Assembly: GCA_965279375.1 (NCBI GenBank)
Contig: OZ257156.1
Coordinates: forward strand, 128,001-192,000
DNA: 64,000 nucleotides
Direction of reading: 5' to 3'
DNA from: Gemmatimonas sp.
GTDB lineage: Bacteria > Gemmatimonadota > Gemmatimonadetes > Gemmatimonadales > Gemmatimonadaceae
A program made the translations under genes and the position numbers. The notes under the pieces were generated by a model that saw only the letters and a list, made by a program, of their open reading frames with translations, was not told the origin of the DNA and made no database searches. Each line of letters opens with the position of its first letter. Position 1 is the first letter of the stretch. Shown here piece after piece: positions 9,273 through 19,832 of this stretch.

Positions 9273-11480
9273 TTACTTCTTCGGCAGCTTGAGCGCGACG
9301 AGGCTGGTGTTCTCTTCCGCGCCCGTCGCGAAGACGATGTACTGCGCGCCGTTGTGCAGGAACGTCATCGGAACGGCGGTCGTCTTGGACGGAATCTTGA
9401 CGGCGCCCGCCTGCTTGCCCGTGGCCTTGTCCACCGCGAAGAGCTGCGGCGGCTGCCCCGGCACGCCACCACCACGGCCCGTGCCATAGATCATCAGCGT
9501 CTTGGTGTTCATCACCTGCGCCTGTCCGCCTGCACCAACATCAGGCAGCGTCACGCCGGCAAAGAGCGGATCGCGACTGGTGCTCTTCACCATGCCGCCG
9601 TTGGAGGTCCACCACGACTTGTCGCCGCTGTTCATGTCGTACGCCGTGATGCCGCCCATGGGCTTGGGCTTCACGATCGACACACCGCCGATGCGAGAGC
9701 CCGCGGCGCGCCCGGAGAAGCCGTCGGCCTGCGCAGGACCACGCGGCTTGCTGTAGCCCGGCGGCGGCGCGGGTGCGCCGAGCAGTCCGCAGCTGTCATG
9801 CGGAGAGCTGTAGCGGAACTCCGAGCAGGGATCCTTCTGCAGCGAGGTCGTGCTCATCGGGCTGATGGAAGCGACGAACATGCGACCCGTTTCCGGATCG
9901 ACGGCAGCGCCACCGTCGATGTTCACGCCACCGCTCGCTCCCGGCGCATACCATGAGCAGCGCTTGCCATACTTGCCGCTACCGTCCGCGAGCGACGGCG
10001 GGATGTAGTAGGGGCCCATGCGGCAATTGTTGGCCAGCTTGAGCGCGGAGTCCTTGATGGCGGGCGTGTAGTCGATCAGATCCGCCTCCACCAAGCCTTG
10101 CTGCGCGTACGGTGCCGGCTTGGATGGAATCGGCTGCGTGGGCGACGTCTCTTCATCGGGCACGTCGCTCTGCAACACGGGCGTTTCCACGATCGGCCAG
10201 ATCGGCTCACCCGTCGCGCGATCGAAGGTGTAGATCCACCCCTGCTTGGTCGTCTGCGCGACGGCCTTGCGGAGCTTTCCGTTAACCGTGATGTCGAGCA
10301 GGTTCGGCCCCATCGGCGCGTCATAGTCCCAGATGTCGTGATGCACCATCTGGAAGTGCCACTTCCGCACACCCGTTTTGGCGTCGAGTGCCACGAGGCT
10401 GTTGCCGAACAAGTTGTCGCCGGGACGATGTCCGCCGTATTCGTCCATCAGCGGCATGCCGACCGGGATGTAGACGAGGCCCAGCTCCGGGTCCGCGGCG
10501 TACGGAGCCCACGCGTCGTTCTTGCCGACGCCCGGCGTGCCCGGCTTGGAGCCCTTCTTCCACGTGTTCGCGCCGAACTCACCGGGCTGCGGCACGAGGT
10601 TAAACTTCCACAGCTGCTTGCCGGTGCGGATGTCGAAGCCGCGAATCGTGCCCGGAATGTTGTGCAGCCGCATCGGGTAATAGCCGTGGATCGACGAGTT
10701 GCCGACCACCAGTACGTTGCCCACCACCATCGGCGGTGAGCTGGCCGCAATCTGGCCGGCCGAGGGGTCGATACCGATCGTGCCGTCGGCACCTGTCTTG
10801 GTGACGGGATTCCACGTTTCGCCGGGCTTCGCTTTGCGCATCGGCGCCGCGTCGGAAATGATCAGCGGACCGGAATCGTCCACGGCCAGCGGCACCATCG
10901 GGTAACCCAGCCCTTCCATCAGGTCCACGACGCCGTTCTTACCAAAGAGCGGATCGGGGCGGCCGGTCTTCGCGTCGAGCGAAGCCAGATGATAGCCCGG
11001 CGTGACGACGAGCACGCGCTCGCTGGTGCCGGAGTTCCAGTACGCGAGCCCACGGCCGGCAAACTGACGCGGTGCCTTCTGCCAACGAATGCCTTCTTCG
11101 AGGCGCCACATCCACAGCGTTTCGCCGTTGGACGGATCGATGGCGGCCGTCACGCGACGCGTGGTCGCCACCGTGAACAGTCGACCGTTCGCATACAGCG
11201 GCGTGGTGCGAAAGTACTCGTCCTTGCCGAACGCGCCCGCATTCCACTGCCAGGCCACCTGCAGCGAGTCGAAGTTCTTCGCGTCGATCTGATCGAGCGG
11301 GGAATAGCGTGTGCCCCACGCATCTGCCGCCCAGTAACGCCACTCACCGAACGCGTTGCCACGCGTCAGCGGCTTCGCCTGCGCCGTCGTTCGCTGGGCC
11401 TGCGTCAACAGCACACCACCGATCGCCGCGCATGCGATCGCGGCGAGCCCCACGGTTCGTCTGGTGCTTCGTTGGCTCAT
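9273..11480 (-). CDS. Exported PQQ-dependent dehydrogenase (quinoprotein glucose dehydrogenase-like)
   Basis: Signal peptide; TRYSPLDQI, WHFQMVHHDIWDYD, PMTFLHNGAQYI; ATGA overlap with the upstream stop and a GGAG RBS. Confidence 0.9.
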   Translation of the reverse strand: MSQRSTRRTVGLAAIACAAIGGVLLTQAQRTTAQAKPLTRGNAFGEWRYWAADAWGTRYSPLDQIDAKNFDSLQVAWQWNAGAFGKDEYFRTTPLYANGRLFTVATTRRVTAAIDPSNGETLWMWRLEEGIRWQKAPRQFAGRGLAYWNSGTSERVLVVTPGYHLASLDAKTGRPDPLFGKNGVVDLMEGLGYPMVPLAVDDSGPLIISDAAPMRKAKPGETWNPVTKTGADGTIGIDPSAGQIAASSPPMVVGNVLVVGNSSIHGYYPMRLHNIPGTIRGFDIRTGKQLWKFNLVPQPGEFGANTWKKGSKPGTPGVGKNDAWAPYAADPELGLVYIPVGMPLMDEYGGHRPGDNLFGNSLVALDAKTGVRKWHFQMVHHDIWDYDAPMGPNLLDITVNGKLRKAVAQTTKQGWIYTFDRATGEPIWPIVETPVLQSDVPDEETSPTQPIPSKPAPYAQQGLVEADLIDYTPAIKDSALKLANNCRMGPYYIPPSLADGSGKYGKRCSWYAPGASGGVNIDGGAAVDPETGRMFVASISPMSTTSLQKDPCSEFRYSSPHDSCGLLGAPAPPPGYSKPRGPAQADGFSGRAAGSRIGGVSIVKPKPMGGITAYDMNSGDKSWWTSNGGMVKSTSRDPLFAGVTLPDVGAGGQAQVMNTKTLMIYGTGRGGGVPGQPPQLFAVDKATGKQAGAVKIPSKTTAVPMTFLHNGAQYIVFATGAEENTSLVALKLPKK

Positions 11481-13390
11481 CGCTGCTCCACTCCGTTGCG
11501 GGTATTGGTACGGCTCGTGCTGCGGGTATTCACATGGTCCTGCGACCGAACGTGCGGGTTCGCACGCATCGGCGACAACAGTGGTGTTGATGTCCACGAC
11601 AACTGGCTCGACAGCTCGCGCAACAACTCACGCGTCGGCTTGCTCGGCTCGGACAGCGTGGTATCGAAACGAATCGTGCCCAGCACGGCGGGATCGGCAC
11701 TCAGCTCGGTCTTGCCGGCAGGCATGCCATTCAGCTTGAGCACGTACGCCGTCACCATCACGTACTCGTCTTCGCTCAGGCTGCCCGGCGTGGCCTTGGG
11801 CATACGCTGGCTCACAAAGTCGTACAGTTCGGCGAGCGGACGTCCCATCCACTTGAGCGCGAACGCGGGGCCGGTGTGCGACGCCGATGTGTGGCATCCG
11901 GTGCAGGAGCCCACGAACACGTCTTTGCCGCCGGCCGCCTGCTCCACGGTGTACACTCCCGCCATCGTGCTGCGGAGTGCACGCTGCGCGACAGCAGGAC
12001 GCGGCGCGATCGTGCCAAGCAATGCTGCCGCCAACACGATCGACGCCGTTCGCGCCTGCGCTGGTGCCAGCCAGCGTCGCACGCGCCCCGCCACCAGCCA
12101 CCCCACTGCGCCCAGCACCAAAGCGATTGCCGTTCCACGCATCGCGTCGGCGAGAAACAACGCATCGAGCGTCGGCCACGTGAATCGATACTGCCGCAAC
12201 TGTCCGAACCGCTCAGTCATCCAATGCCACGCCTCATGTCCAACCATTGCCGACAACAGGATCGTTCCGACACGCTCGGCGACGATCTTCGAGAACGCAA
12301 ACGACAACACCGGAATCGCCACCGCGAGTGCAGCGAGCTGCCCCAACTCCACACCCACGTTGAACGACGCCAGCGACACGGCCAGATGCGCGCCCGCGAA
12401 CTGCAGCGAATCACGCAGGGCGAACGAGAATCCGAAGCCATGCACCAGGCCGAACGCAAACGCCATCGGCCAGCGCCGCTCGATCTTCGCACCGACGATG
12501 TTCTCGCACGCCATGTACACGATCGAGAGCGCGATCAGCACTTCCACCAGCGGCGGAAACCAGAGCGCGTCGGGCGCATACCCCGCCGCCGATGCGACGA
12601 GCGTGAGGCTGTGCGCGATCGTGAAGGCGGTGACGAGGACCAGCACCGGACGGACTTTCCGGAACGGAATCACGAGGCACAGCAGAAACAGCAGATGATC
12701 GATGCCGTCGAGGATGTGCGTGAAACCCATTCGCATGAAATGCCACGCGGCGTTCCACCACGTGGGGTCGAGCGAGACGCGACCGGGATCGCCATCGAAT
12801 GTGAGCACGCGATCGGTGCCGTCGCTCCGCACCACATGCAGCACGGTGGTGGTCTTTACGCCGAGGTGTGCGAGTGCGGGCTCGATGGCAAAGCGCGCTG
12901 TTGCGCTGGAGATGCGGTACTCGAGGAGCACATCGAGCATCGCCTGCTGCCACGGCAGTTCTGTTGTGGCCGGTAGGGCGGCGCCCATAAGCAGCGCCAG
13001 CGCATCGTCGTAGCGACCGAACGCGCGATCGGACGGAAGTGCGGCGCGCGCCACGACGATGGTGGGATCGCCGAGCCGTGTGTCGTCTTCGTAGAGCGCG
13101 AGACCGTCGGCGATCCAGAGCTTCGCGGCATCGCGCAGCGTTTCGTCGGCGCGCGCGAGGTCGAGATATGGCGCGCGCGTCGCAGCACCGGCGGCGCCTC
13201 GCAGCGGAAATTCCACGTCTCGCATCGCATCGAGCGGCACACGCACCAGCAATCGCAGTCGCTGTCCCTCGGCCTTCACGAATGCGCGCACGACGACGTT
13301 CGACGGAATCTCGTGTGCAAACGAGACCGCCGGGCGCGCGCAAAGGAGCGCGAGGGCACAGACGAGCAAACGAGTGACGAGACCGGTCAC
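11477..13390 (-). CDS. HupE/UreJ-family membrane protein with a C-terminal c-type cytochrome domain
   Basis: Signal then AHE; HILDGIDHLLF, FTIAHSLT, FGLVHGFGF, FNVGVELGQ; C-terminal CTGCH…MP; start uncertain (GTG 13390). Confidence 0.8.
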   Translation of the reverse strand: MTGLVTRLLVCALALLCARPAVSFAHEIPSNVVVRAFVKAEGQRLRLLVRVPLDAMRDVEFPLRGAAGAATRAPYLDLARADETLRDAAKLWIADGLALYEDDTRLGDPTIVVARAALPSDRAFGRYDDALALLMGAALPATTELPWQQAMLDVLLEYRISSATARFAIEPALAHLGVKTTTVLHVVRSDGTDRVLTFDGDPGRVSLDPTWWNAAWHFMRMGFTHILDGIDHLLFLLCLVIPFRKVRPVLVLVTAFTIAHSLTLVASAAGYAPDALWFPPLVEVLIALSIVYMACENIVGAKIERRWPMAFAFGLVHGFGFSFALRDSLQFAGAHLAVSLASFNVGVELGQLAALAVAIPVLSFAFSKIVAERVGTILLSAMVGHEAWHWMTERFGQLRQYRFTWPTLDALFLADAMRGTAIALVLGAVGWLVAGRVRRWLAPAQARTASIVLAAALLGTIAPRPAVAQRALRSTMAGVYTVEQAAGGKDVFVGSCTGCHTSASHTGPAFALKWMGRPLAELYDFVSQRMPKATPGSLSEDEYVMVTAYVLKLNGMPAGKTELSADPAVLGTIRFDTTLSEPSKPTRELLRELSSQLSWTSTPLLSPMRANPHVRSQDHVNTRSTSRTNTRNGVEQR

Positions 13391-13538
13391 GGGAGGAGGC
13401 GGCAGTCTCTGGACAGCGGTGGGGGGCGGGGTTAGTTCAGGGGCGCGTGGCGTCCAGCACATCGCACACCACGGCGCACGAACATATCATCGCCCTCGGC
13501 AAAGCACACGGGGGCTTGTCACGATTCGGGGGTCGCGC

Positions 13539-14720
13539 ATGACGGGCACGCGGAAACGGGTGGGATGGGGCGCACTGGGCGCCATCGTGGTGGCGCTGGC
13601 GGCTGGGCAGTCGTCGCTGCGAGCCGCGGATCGCCAGATCGTCCAGGCGCCGCGCTTCGAGGTCGATCCAGTATGGCCGAAACCGCTCCCGAATCACTGG
13701 ATTCTCGGCTCGGTGATCGGCGTCGGCGTGGACAACCGCGATCACGTCTTCATCATCCATCGCGGTGACTCCACGATCAACCAGCGCACCGAGGGCGGCG
13801 GCGGTGGCGCCAACCCGATGGGTGAATGCTGTGTCGCGGCCCCCCCCGTGGTGGAGTTCGATCCGGCCGGCAATCTCGTCAAGGCGTGGGGCGGCGCCGG
13901 TCAGGGCTACGATTGGCCGTCGTCCAACCACGGCATCTCCATCGACGACAAGGACAACGTCTGGATCGGCGGCAACGGGGTCGGTGACTCGCACATCCTC
14001 AAGTTCACGCACGACGGCACGTTCCTGAAGCAGTACGGCAAGTCCAAGCAGTCGGCCAGCAGCAACGACACGTCGCACTTCGGGCGCGTGGCCAAGATCT
14101 CGTTCGACAACAAGGCGGGCGAGGCCTACGTGGCCGATGGCTACGGCAACAAGCGCGTGGCCGTCATCGACGTGGGCACCGGCGCGATCAAGCGTTACTG
14201 GGGCGCCTACGGCAACAAGCCGGACGACGCCAACCTTGGCCCGTACAACCCCGACGCGCCTCTCGTACAACAGTTCCGCAATCCCGTGCACTGCGCCGAA
14301 CCGTCCAACGACGGCCTCGTGTACGTCTGCGATCGCCCGAACGACCGCATTCAGGTGTTCAAGAAGGACGGCGCGTTCGTGAAGGAAGTGCGCATCGCGC
14401 CCAAGACGCGCGGCGACGGCTCCGTATGGGACATCGCGTTCTCCAAGGATGCGGCGCAGAAGTACATCTTCCTCGCCGATGGACGCAACGAGAAGGTCTA
14501 CGTGATCGAACGGCAGTCGCTCGAGATTCTCACGAGCTTCGGTGACGGTGGCCGTCAGCCCGGACAGTTCTTCGCGGTGCACAGCATCGCCACCGACTCC
14601 AAGGGCAACGTCTACACGACGGAAACGTACGAAGGCAAGCGCATCCAGAAGTTCACGTACAAGGGCATCGGCGCCGTGACGCGCGCCAACCAGGGCGTGG
14701 TCTGGCCGAAGGCCAAGTAG
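13539..14720 (+). CDS. Exported NHL-repeat beta-propeller (peptidyl-alpha-hydroxyglycine lyase-like family)
   Basis: Signal peptide; FEVDPVWPKPLPNHW, YVADGYGNKRV, YVCDRPNDRIQVF, HSIATDSKGNVY. Confidence 0.8.
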   Translation: MTGTRKRVGWGALGAIVVALAAGQSSLRAADRQIVQAPRFEVDPVWPKPLPNHWILGSVIGVGVDNRDHVFIIHRGDSTINQRTEGGGGGANPMGECCVAAPPVVEFDPAGNLVKAWGGAGQGYDWPSSNHGISIDDKDNVWIGGNGVGDSHILKFTHDGTFLKQYGKSKQSASSNDTSHFGRVAKISFDNKAGEAYVADGYGNKRVAVIDVGTGAIKRYWGAYGNKPDDANLGPYNPDAPLVQQFRNPVHCAEPSNDGLVYVCDRPNDRIQVFKKDGAFVKEVRIAPKTRGDGSVWDIAFSKDAAQKYIFLADGRNEKVYVIERQSLEILTSFGDGGRQPGQFFAVHSIATDSKGNVYTTETYEGKRIQKFTYKGIGAVTRANQGVVWPKAK

Positions 14721-14739
14721 TCACTAGTAGCTGCACAAC

Positions 14740-14776
14740 CAAAAGCGCCGCGCAGAGATTCTGCGCGGCGCTTTTG
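14740..14776. terminator. Bidirectional rho-independent terminator
   Basis: CAAAAGCGCCGCGCAGA-GAT-TCTGCGCGGCGCTTTTG between convergent genes. Confidence 0.85.
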
Positions 14777-14798
14777 CATTCCGATGGCGCGCTCTGAA

Positions 14799-15770
14799 CT
14801 ACTTGCCCGGAATCGCCGCCACGCACTCGATCTCGACCTTGGCGCCGGCCTGCACGAGCGCGGCAACCACCACGGTGGTGCGCGCCGGCGGTGTGGTCGG
14901 GAAGAACTCGCGGTAGGCCGCGTTCATGCCGCCGAAGTCCTTCACGTCGATGAGGAAGACGGTGCACTTGAGCGCCTGGCTCATCGAGCTGCCGGCGGTC
15001 TCGAACACCTGCTTAATCGTGTTGAGCGCCACCTTCGTCTGCCCGCCAACCGTGGTATCCGGATTGGTGCGCGCCACGCCGAGCTGACCGGCGGAGTAGA
15101 CGAGATTGCCCACCTTCACGCCGGCGGAGAGCATCGGGCTGGGGGTGCTCCCCGGAAGCACGACGGCTTCCCGCCCCTGTGCGCGCGCTACGAGTGGGAG
15201 GGCGACGGTGAGCGCCGCAGCCGCGGTAGCGGCGCGAAGCTTGGACGGGACAGAGCGAAACGAAAGCGTACGGGACATCGGGAGCCTCGGAGCGAAGGGG
15301 AGTGAGGTGGAGGCGCTGTGGGAGGCGCTCGATGGCGCGCCAGCCATCGGAATGTCGAGCTTGATGCGGCGCATGAGCGAGTCGATCGGCATCGGCTGTG
15401 CGCCCGCGCGAATTCCGTTGAGCTTCATGATGTACGCGGTCACATCCGAGTACTCGGCCGGCGAGAGCGTGCCCGGCGCGGAGTCGGGCATGGTCGTGCG
15501 CACGAGGTCATACAGGTCATAGACCGTCTGGCCGTTCCACTTGAGGCGGAAATCGGCGTTGGCCATGTCCCGTCGCGTGTGGCACTGCTGGCAGATCTTG
15601 GTGAAGACCTGATCACCGCGCGTCGCCTGCTCGTCGGAGTAGGTGATCGATTCCGCCCCCTGCGCCAGCGCGCGCGGCGGGGTGACGGCGATGGCCAGGG
15701 AGACCGCCGTCAGGGCCCCGGAGGTCAGCGCGCGAAGCGAGCGTTGCACACGTGCAGAAAATCGACGCAT
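14799..15770 (-). CDS. Cytochrome c in frame with a RidA/YjgF-family imine deaminase; the RidA part probably also starts at ATG 15278
   Basis: Signal peptide, CQQCH…MP, then with no stop a second signal-like stretch and the Rid motifs SAGQLG, MNAAYREFF, PARTTV, VEIEC; GAGG lies upstream of ATG 15278. Confidence 0.75.
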   Translation of the reverse strand: MRRFSARVQRSLRALTSGALTAVSLAIAVTPPRALAQGAESITYSDEQATRGDQVFTKICQQCHTRRDMANADFRLKWNGQTVYDLYDLVRTTMPDSAPGTLSPAEYSDVTAYIMKLNGIRAGAQPMPIDSLMRRIKLDIPMAGAPSSASHSASTSLPFAPRLPMSRTLSFRSVPSKLRAATAAAALTVALPLVARAQGREAVVLPGSTPSPMLSAGVKVGNLVYSAGQLGVARTNPDTTVGGQTKVALNTIKQVFETAGSSMSQALKCTVFLIDVKDFGGMNAAYREFFPTTPPARTTVVVAALVQAGAKVEIECVAAIPGK

Positions 15771-15857
15771 GGCGGCCAACCTGCGCACTCGCGCTGTGGA
15801 TTGCAACTGTGCGTGGGAGGGCGCATCTTCGCCGAAACCCTTCACCCCGCGTCTGCC

Positions 15858-17372
15858 ATGTCCAACGACCCCACCGTGCCGAACAACGCGATCCCTTTCG
15901 CGCTGTCCCCGGACGCTTCCCTCGCCGATCCGTCCCTGCTCGACGGGGTGGACGTCAATGGCATCGCGCGCCGCGACTTCCTGCGCATCGCCACGGCCGG
16001 CGCGGGGGCCATTCTCGCCACCGGAAGCGCTGCCTGTGCGTCGGTCCCCGCGGCGACGGTTCGTGGCATCGAGCCACAGAAGCGTGGGGCGGGCAACAGT
16101 GTGGGACATGTCGTCGTGATCGGCGCGGGTGCGTGGGGCGGATGGACCTCATACCATCTGCGGCAGCGCGGGGTCCGCGTCACGCTCATCGACGCCTATG
16201 GCGCCGGCAATTCACGCTCCACCAGCGGCGATGAGTCCCGGGGCATTCGCTCCTCGTACGGCGATCGCGCCACGGGCGAGCTCTGGACGCCGTGGGCACG
16301 CGAAGCCATCAAGCGCTGGGGCGCCTTCGAAGCGGAGTGGGGCCCGGTCTTCCGCACCAAGTTCTATCACCAGACCGGCGACATCATCATGCGCGAGAAG
16401 GACGAGCCGTTCCTCAAGCGCACGATCGAACTCTGGAAGGCCAACAACGTCGCGCACGAAGTCCTGACGGGTGATGAGGTCCGCAAGCGCTGGCCAGTCA
16501 TCAATGCCGACGACACCACCATCGCCATTTACGAGCCCGACGCCGGCGTCGCGCGCGCGCGGGCGTCCACGCAGGCCGTGGCCGCCATCGCGATCAAGAT
16601 GGGCGCAACCTTCATTCAGTCGCGCGTGACACCCGGCCCGATCAAGAACGGACAGATGGATGGCGTCGTGCTGCAGAACGGCGACATCGTGCGCGGCGAC
16701 TCGTACGTGTTCGCCTGCGGGCCGTGGCTGCGGAAGCTCTTCCCATACATGGAGAACCGGATGCGCGTGCCGCTGGGCTACGTCACCTACTGGGGCACGC
16801 CGGTTGGCGATTCGCGGTTCACGTATCCCAACCTGCCGAGCTACAACTTTCCGGGTGTGACGGGGTGGGCGGCGCTTCCCACGGACATGCGCGGTTTCCG
16901 CGTGCGTGGTGGCATTGCCGCACCGCAACCAGTGGAGACGCCAGAGCAGCGCGCGGAACGCGAGGCACGAGCAAAGAACGCGCCGCCTCCACCGCCGCCG
17001 GATCCGCTGCAGAACGATCCCGACACCAGCACGCGCTGGGCTGCGCCAAGCAACGTCGACGGCATGCGTCGCTTCGTGCAGCGCCGCTTCCCGCTGCTCG
17101 CGAATGCGCCGCTGCTCGAGACGCGCTGCTGCCACTACGAGCAGAGCATCAATCGCGACTTCATCGTCGACCATGTCCCCGACACCACCAACGCCTGGAT
17201 CGCGGGCGTCGGTCAGGCCGAAGGATTCAAGTTCGGCCCGGTGGTGGGCGAATACGTCGCACAGCGCGTGTTGGGCGTCACCGGCGATCCCAAGCTCGTC
17301 GCCGCCTTCAAGCTGCCCACCGACCAATACGAAGCGCCGCGCCCGCCGGGTGGCGACGACTTCGAGGAGTAG
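15858..17372 (+). CDS. Tat-exported FAD-dependent amine oxidase (monomeric sarcosine oxidase / fructosyl-amine oxidase-like)
   Basis: Tat motif ARRDFL, possible lipobox SAAC; VIGAGAWG, STSGDESRGIR, GFKFGPVVGE. Confidence 0.8.
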   Translation: MSNDPTVPNNAIPFALSPDASLADPSLLDGVDVNGIARRDFLRIATAGAGAILATGSAACASVPAATVRGIEPQKRGAGNSVGHVVVIGAGAWGGWTSYHLRQRGVRVTLIDAYGAGNSRSTSGDESRGIRSSYGDRATGELWTPWAREAIKRWGAFEAEWGPVFRTKFYHQTGDIIMREKDEPFLKRTIELWKANNVAHEVLTGDEVRKRWPVINADDTTIAIYEPDAGVARARASTQAVAAIAIKMGATFIQSRVTPGPIKNGQMDGVVLQNGDIVRGDSYVFACGPWLRKLFPYMENRMRVPLGYVTYWGTPVGDSRFTYPNLPSYNFPGVTGWAALPTDMRGFRVRGGIAAPQPVETPEQRAEREARAKNAPPPPPPDPLQNDPDTSTRWAAPSNVDGMRRFVQRRFPLLANAPLLETRCCHYEQSINRDFIVDHVPDTTNAWIAGVGQAEGFKFGPVVGEYVAQRVLGVTGDPKLVAAFKLPTDQYEAPRPPGGDDFEE

Positions 17373-17390
17373 ACCGCGGCAAGCCTGCGC

Positions 17391-19832
17391 TTACGTCGTC
17401 GCGAATCGACGCAAGCGCAGGCTGTTGGCGACGACGCTCACCGAGCTCATCGCCATTGCTGCGCTGGCAAGAATGGGGCTGAGCAACACGCCAAGCGCTG
17501 GATACAGCACGCCCGCCGCAACGGGCACGCACACTGCGTTGTAGGCGAACGCCCAGAAGAGATTCTGCTTCATGGTGCGCATCGTGCGCCGCGAGAGATC
17601 GATCGCGCGCACGATGCCCAGCAGATCGGCGCGCATGAGCACCAGATCGGCCGCCTGCTGCGCCACATCAGTACCAGTGCCGATCGCAATGCCCACATCG
17701 GCCTGCGCCAACGCCGGCGCATCGTTGACGCCGTCACCCACCATCGCCACCACACGCCCCTCGCGCTGCAGCCGCGTGATTTCGGCGATCTTGCCCGCTG
17801 GCAATACGCCGGCAACGACGCGCGTGACCCCGACCGCGCTCGCCACCGCATCGGCGGTCTGCTGATTGTCTCCCGTCAGCATCACCACATCGAGGCCGAG
17901 CGCGCGCAACTTCGCGATCGCATCGCGCGAGGTCGAACGGATGGGATCGGCCACGGCGATGATACCAGCGACCACTCCGTCGATCGCGACGTACATCGGC
18001 GTGCGCGCCTGCGCCGCGAGCGCGGCGGCCGTCGTCTGCAACGGCGTGACATCGAGACTCCATTCGCTCATCAGCGCGGCGTTGCCCACCTGCACCGCGC
18101 GATCGCTCACCACCCCCGATGCGCCACGACCCACCGCCGCATCAAACGCCTGTACCTCAGCCAGACCAACACCCTGCTCCGTCGCATAGCGCACAATGGC
18201 CGACGCAAGCGGATGCTCACTGCGTGATTCGAGGGTTGCCACCAATCGCAGCAGCTCGTCGCGCGAGACATCGGCACCTTCGCGTAGCACCACGTCGGTC
18301 ACACTCGGCCGCCCTTCGGTCACCGTGCCCGTCTTGTCCAGCACCACTGTCGTGACGTCGCCCGCACGCTGCAGCGCGTCGCCACCCTTGATGAGCACAC
18401 CCAGCTCCGCACCCTTCCCCGTCGCCACCATCACCGCCGTCGGCACGGCAAGTCCCATCGCGCACGGACAAGCAATGATGAGGACCGCCACCATCGCGGC
18501 GAACGCGCGTACAGTGGCCGCGCCAATCGTTGCACCACTCGTGTGCATCGCCACGAACCACACAACGAAGGTTGCCACGGCGAGCGCAAGGATGACCGGA
18601 ACGAAAATCGCGCTGATGCGATCGGCCAGCGCCTGAATGGGTGCGCGCGTGCCCTGTGCGTCGCGCATGAGTCGCACGATCTGCGCGAGCACACTCGCGT
18701 CGCCAACTGTGGTGGCGCGAAAGCGAAAGGCGCCGGTGCCGTTGATGGTGCCGCCAATCACCGCATCGTGCACGGCCTTGGCCACCGGCATCGGCTCACC
18801 GGTCAGCATACTCTCATCGATGGCACTGGTACCCTCGATGATGACGCCGTCCACCGGCACACGCTCACCCGGTCGCACGAGCACGTTGTCGTCGCGGCGC
18901 ACATCAGCCACTGCCACGTCGATATCCGCAGTACCACCCTCGGGGGTCGGTCGAGCGACACGCGCGGTCGCCGGCTGCAACTGCGCAAGTGCACGCAACG
19001 CACCCGACGTCTGCTGCTTGGCGCGCGCCTCGAACGTGTTGCCTACGAGAATGAGAGCGATGATCAACACCACGGCTTCGTAGTAGACATCCGGCGCGAC
19101 ACCGTGTGTCACGAAAAATCCGGGCGCGACGGTGGCAACGACGGAGTACGAGAACGCGGCCAACGTGCCTACGGCGATCAGCGTGTTCATGTCCGCCGCG
19201 TGGTGCGTGAACGACTGCCACGCCCGCACATAAAAGTGCCGCCCGGCCCACGTCATGATACCGAGTGTGGTGAACAGCAGCGACCACGTGATGACGGCCG
19301 GCGGAATCGCGTAGAGCCACGGGGCCAGCGACTGCAGCATGGGCGTCAGCGCGCCCATCGCACGCTGCATGAAGGGATCCATCTGAACGCCGGCACCACC
19401 CGCCATCCCCGACATGCCATCGACTGATGCGTGCGACGTCATCAGTGGCATCGTGATGATCATGGCGAACGCACCGGCCAGCAGACTCACGATCGCCTGT
19501 CGCTTGAGCGTGGCGTATTCCTCCGCCTGCTGCGCATCACGCTCAGCCTGTTCTTCAAACGGATCGACGTGCGCTTGAGGCAGTGCCGCGCCGTACCCCG
19601 TGCGCTCGATGGCACTCACCAGCGTCGCCGGCGCGGTCGCGGCGCCGTCGAAGGTGACCGTCGCGCTCCCCATCATCAGGTTGACCGCCGCGTCCGACAC
19701 ACCGGGCTGCTTGAGCAGGGTGCGCTGCACGCGCGCGGAACAGGCAGCGCAGGTCATCCCCGTCACAGGAATGACCACCGTGGTACCGCGGTGCTCTTCG
19801 CTCTTCTGCGCGGGCGCGACCGCTGTCGTCAC
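17391..19832 (-). CDS. copA: Cu(I)-translocating P1B-type ATPase
   Basis: GMTCAAC metal-binding domain, TGE, CPC, DKTGT, HP, GDGVND, YN and MAMSS; GTG start with GGAGG RBS. Confidence 0.95.
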   Translation of the reverse strand: MTTAVAPAQKSEEHRGTTVVIPVTGMTCAACSARVQRTLLKQPGVSDAAVNLMMGSATVTFDGAATAPATLVSAIERTGYGAALPQAHVDPFEEQAERDAQQAEEYATLKRQAIVSLLAGAFAMIITMPLMTSHASVDGMSGMAGGAGVQMDPFMQRAMGALTPMLQSLAPWLYAIPPAVITWSLLFTTLGIMTWAGRHFYVRAWQSFTHHAADMNTLIAVGTLAAFSYSVVATVAPGFFVTHGVAPDVYYEAVVLIIALILVGNTFEARAKQQTSGALRALAQLQPATARVARPTPEGGTADIDVAVADVRRDDNVLVRPGERVPVDGVIIEGTSAIDESMLTGEPMPVAKAVHDAVIGGTINGTGAFRFRATTVGDASVLAQIVRLMRDAQGTRAPIQALADRISAIFVPVILALAVATFVVWFVAMHTSGATIGAATVRAFAAMVAVLIIACPCAMGLAVPTAVMVATGKGAELGVLIKGGDALQRAGDVTTVVLDKTGTVTEGRPSVTDVVLREGADVSRDELLRLVATLESRSEHPLASAIVRYATEQGVGLAEVQAFDAAVGRGASGVVSDRAVQVGNAALMSEWSLDVTPLQTTAAALAAQARTPMYVAIDGVVAGIIAVADPIRSTSRDAIAKLRALGLDVVMLTGDNQQTADAVASAVGVTRVVAGVLPAGKIAEITRLQREGRVVAMVGDGVNDAPALAQADVGIAIGTGTDVAQQAADLVLMRADLLGIVRAIDLSRRTMRTMKQNLFWAFAYNAVCVPVAAGVLYPALGVLLSPILASAAMAMSSVSVVANSLRLRRFATT

